DNA of 61,713 nucleotides, from the NCBI GenBank assembly GCA_964632135.1, contig CAZWEI010000002.1:1-61713 (forward strand), given 5' to 3'. A program made the translations under genes and the position numbers. Positions within the stretch are counted from its first letter, which is position 1, and each line of letters begins with the position of its first letter. The stretch is from Candidatus Micrarchaeota archaeon. GTDB taxonomy: Archaea; Micrarchaeota; Micrarchaeia; Burarchaeales; JBFMAP01. Positions 17,903 to 25,512 of the stretch are shown piece by piece. The notes beneath the pieces were generated by a model, which was not told the DNA's origin, ran no database searches, and was given only the letters and a program-made list of their open reading frames with translations.

Positions 17903-17998
17903 TAGCGGGGGCTGGATTTGAACCAACGATCTCTGGGTTATGAGCCCAGCGGGCACTCCATGCTACCCCTAGGGTGCTGTAAACAGCAATACCCCGCT
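17903..17998 (-). tRNA. Initiator tRNA-Met (CAT) with a ~20-nt insertion (putative intron) between the acceptor stem and D-arm
   Basis: The minus strand reads AGCGGGG TA [TTGCTGTTTACAGCACCCTA] GGGGTAGCATGGAGTGCCCG CTGGG-CTCATAA-CCCAG AGATC GTTGG-TTCAAAT-CCAGC CCCCGCT A. It has the A1:U72 pair and GGG/CCC anticodon stem typical of archaeal initiators. The gene is 96 nt, and an oligo-T run follows the 3' end. Confidence 0.8.
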
Positions 17999-18060
17999 GC
18001 CTCCGCTTAAAACAAGTAATTCTATACCCTTAGGTTTATATTCCTTCACACAATGCGCGC

Positions 18061-18636
18061 CTAAGGCGCGCGCGCGCGCTTCAACTCTGCTTCCAACTCG
18101 CGGATATCTTTTCTGTTGTCCCAGTAAGACAACGCGCCGCCGCAGGAAGGGCACTTGAAACTCCATTCGACCGCGATTTCAAAAGGAATCTTCTCGCCCT
18201 TCTTCTTGCAAGACAGACAACCAAAAAAATTATACGAGCGCGCAAACATGAGTCTCTCCTCGATTTCCTTCGCCGCGTTTTCCCTTCTCTCAGCAAGCAG
18301 CCGCACGGCGGCTTCGGGGCGCAGTTTCCACGTGTACGAGTACCACCCGCTTTCTTTATCCCTCGTTCTCTCGTAATCAACAACCCCGTAATTATGCAAT
18401 TTGTTAAGCACCGCGCGCACATCGCTCACCTTCAACCTGCAATTCTCCGCGAGGCGCTCGTCGCTCATCGGCTGCGCAATCTCGCGGACGACGGAGAGCG
18501 CGTTCTCACCCGCAACCTGGAGCAAAAATTCTCGTGCGTGTTTATTCAGAAGCAGTTCGTTGCCTGGTTTTATGGGCTTTTCTGTTTTTCCCGCCTTCGC
18601 CGTCTTCTTTTTTGTCGCCTTTTTCTTCCTAATCAT
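18061..18636 (-). CDS. tfe: Transcription factor E, alpha subunit
   Basis: ORF trimmed to ATG 18636. It has a wHTH (VSDVRAVLNKLHNYGVVDYER..DKESGWYSYTW) followed by a zinc ribbon (CLSC...CPSCGG). A TATA-like aatatataaaag lies upstream. Confidence 0.85.
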   Translation of the reverse strand: MIRKKKATKKKTAKAGKTEKPIKPGNELLLNKHAREFLLQVAGENALSVVREIAQPMSDERLAENCRLKVSDVRAVLNKLHNYGVVDYERTRDKESGWYSYTWKLRPEAAVRLLAERRENAAKEIEERLMFARSYNFFGCLSCKKKGEKIPFEIAVEWSFKCPSCGGALSYWDNRKDIRELEAELKRARAP

Positions 18637-18743
18637 ATGTGGAATTATACCACATCTTTTATATATTCTTTTTGTTTGCCTGCCAAACGCAAAACGCGTC
18701 AAACAGAACAACTTTAATATTCCTACCGCCATAACCTAAGCGC

Positions 18744-18854
18744 GGGCCCGTAGCTCAGCTTGGTAGAGCGTCTGGCTCTTAACCAGTAGGCCAGGGGTTC
18801 GAAGGAGGAACAAGAAAACAACTTTCTTTCTCTCACAAACTCCCCTCGGGCCCG
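18744..18854 (+). tRNA. tRNA-Lys (CTT) with a ~37-nt intron in the T-loop
   Basis: GGGCCCG TA GCTC-AGCTTGGTA-GAGC G TCTGG-CTCTTAA-CCAGT AGGCC AGGGG-TTCGAA[18804-18840]T-CCCCT CGGGCCC G. The acceptor, D and T stems all pair. A TTTAATAT box lies ~25-32 nt upstream. Confidence 0.85.
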
Positions 18855-18866
18855 TGGTGCTTTAAT

Positions 18867-20408
18867 ATGGAACAACCCCCGCGGCATTGGATTGAGCCAC
18901 TCTCGGAGCAAATCATCGAGAGAAAAAAACAACCAATCGTAATAACTTCGGGAATGACTACGAGCGGGCCGTGCCACCTCGGTACGCTGTGCGAGTTCCT
19001 GTACCCCGCGGTCATACAAAAATTTTTAAAAACAAAGGGATGCACAAGCGAGTTCCATTTCATCGCCGACATTTTCGACGCGTTCGACGCGGTTCCTGTT
19101 TCGATGGCGGAATTCGAGCGCGCGCTCGTCCCCCACCTCGGGAAGCCGCTTGCCGTTGTGCCGGACCCCTACGGGTGCTGCGGGTCCTTCGGGGACCACT
19201 TCCTTAACGAGGCAAAGGGGATAATGGAAACGTTCAGCATCCGTCCAAAAATCCACAAGGCGAACGAGCTCTACGCGCAGGGAAACTTCGACGAGTACGC
19301 GCGCCGTTTCCTCAAAAATTACGAGCAGGCAAGGGAGGTCGTCTCGCGGACCTCGCTGAAGGACGCGCCCGCGGACTGGAGCCCCCTGATGCCCGTCTGT
19401 TCCAATTGCGGCAAAATCGCCACCACGAGCGTCACGGCGTTCGATGAAAACCATTTTTCGTATTCGTGCGTCCGCGATGTCGATTACACTAAAGGATGCG
19501 GTTTTTCAGGCGAGTCGAAAATAAGCGAGCACAAATACAAACTCACTTGGCGCCTCCACTGGCCGGCGTGGATGGACGTTTTCAATACGGGCGTCGAGGG
19601 CGCGGGCATGGACCACCACACGCGCGGCGGCTCGTGGGACACGGCGCGCGCAGTCTTCGAGGAGGTTTTCCATAAGGAGCCGCCAATCACGTACAAATTC
19701 GGATTCATCCTGTTCAAAGGGAAAAAATACTCGAAATCAAAAGGGGCGGGGCTCGGGGTGTGCGACGTTCTCTCCCTCGTGCCGCCCGAACTCCTCTCGT
19801 ACCAACTCCTCAAACACGACATACAGGAGAACAAGGACTTTGACCCGACGGGGAACCGGCTGATGCAGCTTTACGATGATTTCGCCGAGGCGGCGCGCCT
19901 CGCCGAAGGAGACGGGGCAGCGCTTTCCCGCGCGGAAAGAAAACGCGCGGTCGCGTTCTCCCTTTCAACGGAAAAAATAAATTGGCGCGCGCAGTTTGCC
20001 GACCTCCTCCTCTACTACCAAATTTACGGAGATTGGAAAACGGTCGGGGAACTCGTCGGAGATCCCGCAGGGGCGGAGTACCTGAAACCGTTCATACAGC
20101 ACTGGCTCAACGAGGGCTACGCACCCGACGAATATGTTTTCAAATTCGAGCCGAGAAAGCCGACGGAAAACAACGGCGCGGTTCGGGCGTTTGCGCTCGC
20201 GCTCAAAGAGGACATGGACGCGCTTGCGGTGCACAATCTGGTTTTTGAAGTCGCGAAACAGCACGGCCTCCAGCCAAACGAGCTTTTTAAAACGTTGTAT
20301 CAAACACTACTTGGAAAGGACAGGGGTCCGCGCTTCGGCAAGCTCGTGTATGCGCTTGGGGCGGGCAAAATAAAAAACACATTGTCGAATCTCGTCGACT
20401 TAGGTTGA
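18867..20408 (+). CDS. lysK: Class I lysyl-tRNA synthetase
   Basis: 513 aa, with SGPCHLGTLCEF (HIGH-like) and KYSKSKG (KMSKS). The overall layout fits archaeal class I LysRS. Confidence 0.9.
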   Translation: MEQPPRHWIEPLSEQIIERKKQPIVITSGMTTSGPCHLGTLCEFLYPAVIQKFLKTKGCTSEFHFIADIFDAFDAVPVSMAEFERALVPHLGKPLAVVPDPYGCCGSFGDHFLNEAKGIMETFSIRPKIHKANELYAQGNFDEYARRFLKNYEQAREVVSRTSLKDAPADWSPLMPVCSNCGKIATTSVTAFDENHFSYSCVRDVDYTKGCGFSGESKISEHKYKLTWRLHWPAWMDVFNTGVEGAGMDHHTRGGSWDTARAVFEEVFHKEPPITYKFGFILFKGKKYSKSKGAGLGVCDVLSLVPPELLSYQLLKHDIQENKDFDPTGNRLMQLYDDFAEAARLAEGDGAALSRAERKRAVAFSLSTEKINWRAQFADLLLYYQIYGDWKTVGELVGDPAGAEYLKPFIQHWLNEGYAPDEYVFKFEPRKPTENNGAVRAFALALKEDMDALAVHNLVFEVAKQHGLQPNELFKTLYQTLLGKDRGPRFGKLVYALGAGKIKNTLSNLVDLG

Positions 20409-21439
20409 TGTCGGACTGGCGTGATAATTTGGCGAACCGCACGGACGGGGAAATGCCGCAAACGCTTTCGCACTATTCCAAACTAGTGGACGCCGAACTC
20501 GAGCACATCATCCCGAAGAACAAAAAACCGACCGCGGTTTACGCGCCCGTTTGGGACCTGTTGGGCAGAGGTGGGAAGCGCTTCAGGCCTGCGCTTTGCC
20601 TGCTCTCGTGCGAGGCGGTTGGCGGGAAGAAGAAGACCGCGCTCCCGATCGCAGCCGCAATCGAGATGTTCCATACCTTCACGCTAATCCACGATGATAT
20701 CGAGGACGATTCAGAACTGCGGAGGGGCAAGCCCTGCCTGCACAAAACATACGGCACCCCCATCGCAATTAACGCGGGCGACGGCCTTTTCATGCTCGTG
20801 TGGCAGGCCGTTCTCGACGCAAAAATCCCGCACGAGAAAATAATACGCGCCCAGAGGATGCTCGAGGCGGCGTTCAGCAGGGTTCTCGAGGGTCAGGGGG
20901 TCGAACTCGACTGGCACGCGCGGAAGGAATGGAACCTGGTCGAAAAGGATTATTTTGAAATGGTCGGCGGAAAGACCGGCGCGCTCATAAGCGTCGCGTG
21001 CGAGGTCGGCGCGTTCGTTGGAGGCGGCGCGGGCGAGCAGGTGCGCGCGCTGAAAGATTTTGGAATGGCGGTCGGAATCGGTTTCCAAATTCAGGACGAT
21101 ATTTTGAATTTGATAGGCGAGGAGGAAAAATACAAGAAGGAGATAGGCGGCGACATAACCGAGGGCAAGCGCACCCTAATGGTGCTCCACACATTACAAC
21201 TCTCCAGCGCGGACGAGAAAAAACAACTGATAGGCCTTCTCGATTCCGGAACGCGCGACAAGCAGAAAATCGCAGAGGCCGTGCAACTAATCAAAAAACA
21301 CGGCGCGATAAAATACGCCTGGGACAAGGCGAAGGCGATGGTCGAGCGCGCGAAGGCAGGACTTCAAATTCTTCCGAAAAACAACGCAACCCGCGACCTG
21401 CTCCAAATCTCTGATTTTCTCATAAACCGTGATTTTTAA
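20408..21439 (+). CDS. idsA: Geranylgeranyl diphosphate (polyprenyl) synthase
   Basis: FARM LIHDDIEDDSELRRGKP and SARM GFQIQDDILN are both present. ATG 20408 overlaps the lysK stop (TGATG). Confidence 0.9.
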   Translation: MSDWRDNLANRTDGEMPQTLSHYSKLVDAELEHIIPKNKKPTAVYAPVWDLLGRGGKRFRPALCLLSCEAVGGKKKTALPIAAAIEMFHTFTLIHDDIEDDSELRRGKPCLHKTYGTPIAINAGDGLFMLVWQAVLDAKIPHEKIIRAQRMLEAAFSRVLEGQGVELDWHARKEWNLVEKDYFEMVGGKTGALISVACEVGAFVGGGAGEQVRALKDFGMAVGIGFQIQDDILNLIGEEEKYKKEIGGDITEGKRTLMVLHTLQLSSADEKKQLIGLLDSGTRDKQKIAEAVQLIKKHGAIKYAWDKAKAMVERAKAGLQILPKNNATRDLLQISDFLINRDF

Positions 21440-21450
21440 GGAGGATTGTC

Positions 21451-22824
21451 ATGACCCAGATGGAACTTGCAAAAAGAGGCGTCGCCACCCCCGAGGCCAA
21501 GGCGATAGCAAAAAAAGAAAAGATAAATTTAGACAAACTCGCGCGTTCCATCGCGCGTGGCCGAGCGGTCGTTCTTTCTAGTGGCGTTTTTGTTTGTGGC
21601 GTTGGCGAAAGACTTGCAACGAAGATTAACGCGAACATCGGCGCGTCCCCGGATTACGTCAACGTAAAGGAAGAAATTAAAAAATTAAAAACCGCGGTTG
21701 CCGCTGGCGCAGACACCGTGATGGACCTCAGCATCGCCGGCCCGCTCGACGACATTTTGTGCGCGGTGATAAAAAATGCAAAAATTCCTGTGGGAACTGT
21801 CCCCATCTACCGGGCGGCGCTCGCAGCCACGCAACGCGGTGGAAAAATTTATGATATGAGCGAGGACGAGATGCTCGCCGCGATACAAAAACACATCAAA
21901 CTCGGCACCTCGTTTCTCACGCTCCACGCGGCGATAACGCGGGATGGCATCCGCCTCGCGAGAAAAAGGGATTTGGGGATTGTAAGCAGGGGCGGGTGCT
22001 TTCTCGCGACTTGGATGCTCCACAACAAAAAGGAAAACCCGCTCTATAAAAATTTCGACTACATTCTCGAAACGGCGCACGAAAACGACGTGGTTATAAG
22101 CATAGGCGATGCGCTCAGGCCAGGCGCGCTCAGCGACGCGAACGACGCCGCTCAAATTCACGAATTAAAAATTCAGGGCGAGCTCGCGAGGCGCGCGCAC
22201 GCGGAAAACGTCTCCGTAATCTGCGAGGGCCCGGGCCACATGCCGCTTAGCACGATCGCGCAAAACGTCGCGCTCCAGAAGCGCATCTGCAGGGGCGCGC
22301 CCTATTACGTCCTCGGCCCTCTCGTCACCGACATCGCGGTCGGCTACGACCACATAAACGCCGCGATAGGCGGCGCGCTCGCTGCAGCGGCAGGCGCGGA
22401 TTTCCTGTGCGTGGTCACCCCGAGCGAGCACGTCGCGCTTCCAACCGAAAATGACGTGCGCGAGGGCGTGATCGCCGCGAAACTCGCCGCGCACGCAGCC
22501 GACATCGTGAAACTCAAACGCTCGAAAATTGATTTTGAGATGGGGAAGGCGCGCGCGCAACTCAACTGGGCGAAACAATTCTCGCTCGCGCTCGACCCAG
22601 TGCGTGCGCGCGAGTACAAAAAAAGACGAGGCACAAAGAGCCCCGCGTGCAGCATGTGCGGGGATTTCTGCGCCATCAAACTGATGAGGAACGCGCAATT
22701 TTTGCTTCCAATTTTTCGCTTCGCGAAAAATGGACATCTTCGCGCGACGCGCGAAGCTTGTCGCAAAAATGCGCATTTGCCCGGAGGGCAAATTGCGCGC
22801 CAAACGAAACAGCAATCTTTTTAA
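21451..22824 (+). CDS. thiC: Phosphomethylpyrimidine synthase ThiC, with a repeat-encoded C-terminal extension
   Basis: Typical ThiC blocks are present (DTVMDLS, IGTVPIY, GDALRPG, EGPGHMP, YVLGPLVTDIA.GYDHI, CSMCGDFCA). The last ~40 codons are read through palindromic element copy c. Confidence 0.9.
   Translation: MTQMELAKRGVATPEAKAIAKKEKINLDKLARSIARGRAVVLSSGVFVCGVGERLATKINANIGASPDYVNVKEEIKKLKTAVAAGADTVMDLSIAGPLDDILCAVIKNAKIPVGTVPIYRAALAATQRGGKIYDMSEDEMLAAIQKHIKLGTSFLTLHAAITRDGIRLARKRDLGIVSRGGCFLATWMLHNKKENPLYKNFDYILETAHENDVVISIGDALRPGALSDANDAAQIHELKIQGELARRAHAENVSVICEGPGHMPLSTIAQNVALQKRICRGAPYYVLGPLVTDIAVGYDHINAAIGGALAAAAGADFLCVVTPSEHVALPTENDVREGVIAAKLAAHAADIVKLKRSKIDFEMGKARAQLNWAKQFSLALDPVRAREYKKRRGTKSPACSMCGDFCAIKLMRNAQFLLPIFRFAKNGHLRATREACRKNAHLPGGQIARQTKQQSF
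22692..22800. repeat. Palindromic element, copy c (nested/composite, 109 nt)
   Basis: The outer arms GCGCAATTTTTGC ... GCAAAAATGCGC enclose two extra hairpins (CCAATTTTTCGC-ttc-GCGAAAAATGG and CTTCGCGC-gac-GCGCGAAG). These are followed by ATTTGCCC-gga-GGGCAAAT. Confidence 0.8.
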
Positions 22825-22862
22825 GTTCCATGATGTAAATTATATCGACCAGTGGTGCTCAA

Positions 22863-23159
22863 ATGAACCCGATACTAGTCGAGGTACTAACCTCGCCGGA
22901 CTGCCCGCATTCGCCGCGCGCGCTCAAGATAGCGAAGCACACGGTCGCGGGTCTGCGCGCGCCGGCAATTGTGCGGGAGGTCAGCATCGCGACCGACGAG
23001 GGAAAAATGCGCGCGCAGGAGTGCGAGATAGAGGCGACGCCGACAATAACGATAAACGGGAGAATCGCGTACGTGGGCGTGCCAACTTCGAAGAAGATGC
23101 TCGCGCTCCTGGACTACGCGATAGAAAGGGAAAAGGAGAGCACGTCGTATTTCTTCTGA
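22863..23159 (+). CDS. Thioredoxin-fold (glutaredoxin-like) small protein
   Basis: 98 aa. VEVLTSPDCPHSPRA has CPHS in place of CxxC. ATPTITINGR is a typical cis-Pro/beta strand of the Trx fold. Confidence 0.7.
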   Translation: MNPILVEVLTSPDCPHSPRALKIAKHTVAGLRAPAIVREVSIATDEGKMRAQECEIEATPTITINGRIAYVGVPTSKKMLALLDYAIEREKESTSYFF

Positions 23160-23191
23160 ACGAACATAAAAAGAGATATAAATTTGTTCGT

Positions 23192-23224
23192 GTAAAAAAG
23201 ATTACTTGTTCTAGAGGTGGTTTT
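23192..23224 (+). promoter_or_regulatory. Shared promoter/5'UTR module
   Basis: gtaaaaaagattacttgttctagaggtggtttt precedes GTG 23225. Confidence 0.4.
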
Positions 23225-23737
23225 GTGGTAAATGTAAACGTTTTGATAGTTATCGGGTCGGTCGATGTGCGCGAGGAGATTAAAAAAGCCGTATCGGACA
23301 CCGCCAAACACTCGTGGTTCGCACGTTTTAAATTTGAAATAATAGACGCCAAGTCCGGTTCCGACTGGTTTTCCGAACGCGACAAGACGCGCCCCAACAT
23401 CATAATCGCCGATCATGAAAATTACGCGCCATTACTAGGATATAGAAAAATGGCTTGCAAAGTAATCGAAGAAAAGCCACACGTGGTTATTTTTGATTTT
23501 GACCACGTGCCCACAGGCGGCCTTGACATTTTAGATGAAATTAAACAACAATATACAAAAAATATAGAAACGCGGTTTAAACTGCAAAAAAAAGAAGAAA
23601 AACTAGCCGAACCTAGTGGGCCGGGTGACGGGATACTTTCAAAGAGGCCGCACCATCTAACGTTCCCCAATACGCTTGCCGAATTTAAAGGGAGAACGAA
23701 GCCGCTCTTTAAGCAACGACCGGTTCAAATAATTTAG
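23225..23737 (+). CDS. Receiver-like protein
   Basis: This is the 3' part of ORF 22730..23737. GTG 23225 sits 5 nt after GAGGTGG. VNVLIVIGSVDVREEIKK...NIIIADHENY...VVIFDFDH has the beta-alpha periodicity of a receiver fold. Confidence 0.5.
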   Translation: MVNVNVLIVIGSVDVREEIKKAVSDTAKHSWFARFKFEIIDAKSGSDWFSERDKTRPNIIIADHENYAPLLGYRKMACKVIEEKPHVVIFDFDHVPTGGLDILDEIKQQYTKNIETRFKLQKKEEKLAEPSGPGDGILSKRPHHLTFPNTLAEFKGRTKPLFKQRPVQII

Positions 23738-23742
23738 TGGCG

Positions 23743-24432
23743 CTAGCGCCTTCTTCTTTTCCTTACTGGCGCGCGCACCTGTCTCGGTCTTTCAGCGCGC
23801 TCAACTCTCGTCTCCTCGACCATTTCAACTTGCTCCTCGTCAGGCAGCACACTGTATCTTATGTAATGCAGAATCATCCAGGTCGCGCCGTAGCCGAGGA
23901 ACGCGTGCAGCGACGTCCAGCCGCCCGAATAAATAAGCAGTTCATTCCGCCCGAGCAGATATTCGCCAAGCGAGCCGAAGAGCGCGAACGTGAGTATATC
24001 AAGAACGCTGTGCGCGAGGTTGAACTTGCGCGGGAGATAGAGCGCCCAGGCCGCGCCGCCCATCACGCAGATGAGCATAACTTCAACAGGAACCGCGAGG
24101 AAGAAATGGGAGCTCTGGTGGCTAGTCCAATAACCCAGCGTCTTCCCGCTGTTCTCCACTGCAAAATCGAAGAGCATCAGGAACAAACCAATATAGACGG
24201 CTTTCTTAATCCGCTCCGGGTCGTTCCAATTGATTTTAAGTTCGACAACGAACCACGCGAGCGCGGCCATCACCAAATACATCCATATTCCGCGCCCCAC
24301 GGGAAGCGAGAACCAGAGCGCGAAATACGCGAAAATGAACAGAATGATGAGATACATCACTTTCGGATCACGAACGGCATTCCTAACTCCTCTTGACTTT
24401 TCACACAACCAGCACATCACAAACCACCCCAC
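23743..24432 (-). CDS. Polytopic membrane protein (hypothetical)
   Basis: 229-aa ORF with about 6 hydrophobic spans and an Arg-rich C-terminal tail. Confidence 0.6.
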   Translation of the reverse strand: MGWFVMCWLCEKSRGVRNAVRDPKVMYLIILFIFAYFALWFSLPVGRGIWMYLVMAALAWFVVELKINWNDPERIKKAVYIGLFLMLFDFAVENSGKTLGYWTSHQSSHFFLAVPVEVMLICVMGGAAWALYLPRKFNLAHSVLDILTFALFGSLGEYLLGRNELLIYSGGWTSLHAFLGYGATWMILHYIRYSVLPDEEQVEMVEETRVERAERPRQVRAPVRKRRRR

Positions 24433-24440
24433 GAATTAAT

Positions 24441-25397
24441 TCACAAAAATCTTTTTTCTTTGCTCTCCTCATCACGGCATAAAAGCGCCACGCGGCTTAT
24501 CTCGTTCTCGTCGGCGTAAACATACCCCGTTTCACGCGCAACCTCTTTCGCGAACTCCCTTACCTCCTCGAAGCTCGGCATGTTCTCCGCGCCCAATCTA
24601 TGAATAGAATAACCAACACGCATGTACGATTTGCACTCGACGAACATAGGGCGCGCGAGTTTCACGAGTTCGGCGTATTTTTCAGGCTCGTGCATGTTGC
24701 GGTCGCGCACGAGCGTCATTCGGATGACTGTTCGCGACGGATGTCTCGCGAGCAGCAAAAGGCTTTTGTTCAGCCTTTCCCAGCCGTTTGATAGCAATGG
24801 CGCGTTCACCTTTTTATATGTTTTCTCATCAGGCGCGCACAGCGAAACGTACAGTTGCGTTGGCCTTATCCTCTCAATCACGTCGGGTTGCGTGCCGTTC
24901 GAAACAACGAACGTGCTCATGTTCTGCGCGTGGAATTCGTTGATGAGCGCACCAAGTTTCGGATAGAGAGTAGGCTCGCCGCTCAGCGATATCGCGACGT
25001 TCTTCGGCTCCTGCGCCTCTTTATATTTCTCTTCGTCAATCTGAACTCCACCAAAGCCGGATATCATCTCGCGTTGTGCAAGGAGCGCGCGCGCCGCGAT
25101 GTCGCACGGTTCGTCCGCGTCCTCCGCGCGCATTTCCGTCTCGGTGAAATCAACCGCGCGCCAGCAGAAGACGCACTTGTGCGTGCAGTGCGCGACGCAA
25201 GGGGTAATTTGCAGGCACCTGTGCGAAGGAACACCGTAAAACTGCTGCTTGTAGCATGCGCCCTTCCCGAGTATCGCCCTCTTCGTCCACAGGCAAAGTT
25301 TCGCAGCCGCGTTTTTCCCGATTATTTTGTATTTCTGCCGCCTCAGCAGTTTCTCAAGCTCTTGCGAGACCATATTATTATTTAAATACCGAATCAC
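24441..25397 (-). CDS. taw1: tRNA 4-demethylwyosine synthase (Taw1/TYW1, radical SAM)
   Basis: LCLWTKRAILGKGACYKQQFYGV.SHRC plus the radical-SAM cluster CTHKCVFCWR and SLSGEPTLYP. Confidence 0.9.
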   Translation of the reverse strand: MIRYLNNNMVSQELEKLLRRQKYKIIGKNAAAKLCLWTKRAILGKGACYKQQFYGVPSHRCLQITPCVAHCTHKCVFCWRAVDFTETEMRAEDADEPCDIAARALLAQREMISGFGGVQIDEEKYKEAQEPKNVAISLSGEPTLYPKLGALINEFHAQNMSTFVVSNGTQPDVIERIRPTQLYVSLCAPDEKTYKKVNAPLLSNGWERLNKSLLLLARHPSRTVIRMTLVRDRNMHEPEKYAELVKLARPMFVECKSYMRVGYSIHRLGAENMPSFEEVREFAKEVARETGYVYADENEISRVALLCRDEESKEKRFL

Positions 25398-25512
25398 ATA
25401 AACTACTTACGCATTTGGGCGTTTGCAATTTTTGCACGCAACGCAGCGCGCGCGATTTTGTTTCCTGCGCGCCGCGGCAAACCGATCAGCAGTTTTGTTT
25501 GAAGGTGGTCGC

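Noticed and set aside
21440-21450. An expected TPP riboswitch upstream of thiC.
   Set aside because: Only 11 nt separate the idsA stop from the thiC start (taaggaggattgtc-ATG). There is no room for a riboswitch, and thiC appears to be co-transcribed with lysK-idsA.
22730-23224. The 5' two-thirds of the 335-aa ORF 22730..23737.
   Set aside because: It overlaps the ThiC tail, the palindromic element and the thioredoxin-fold gene in other frames, and its translation is Arg/Gly-rich. A start at GTG 23225 with a strong SD and the shared upstream module explains the 3' part.
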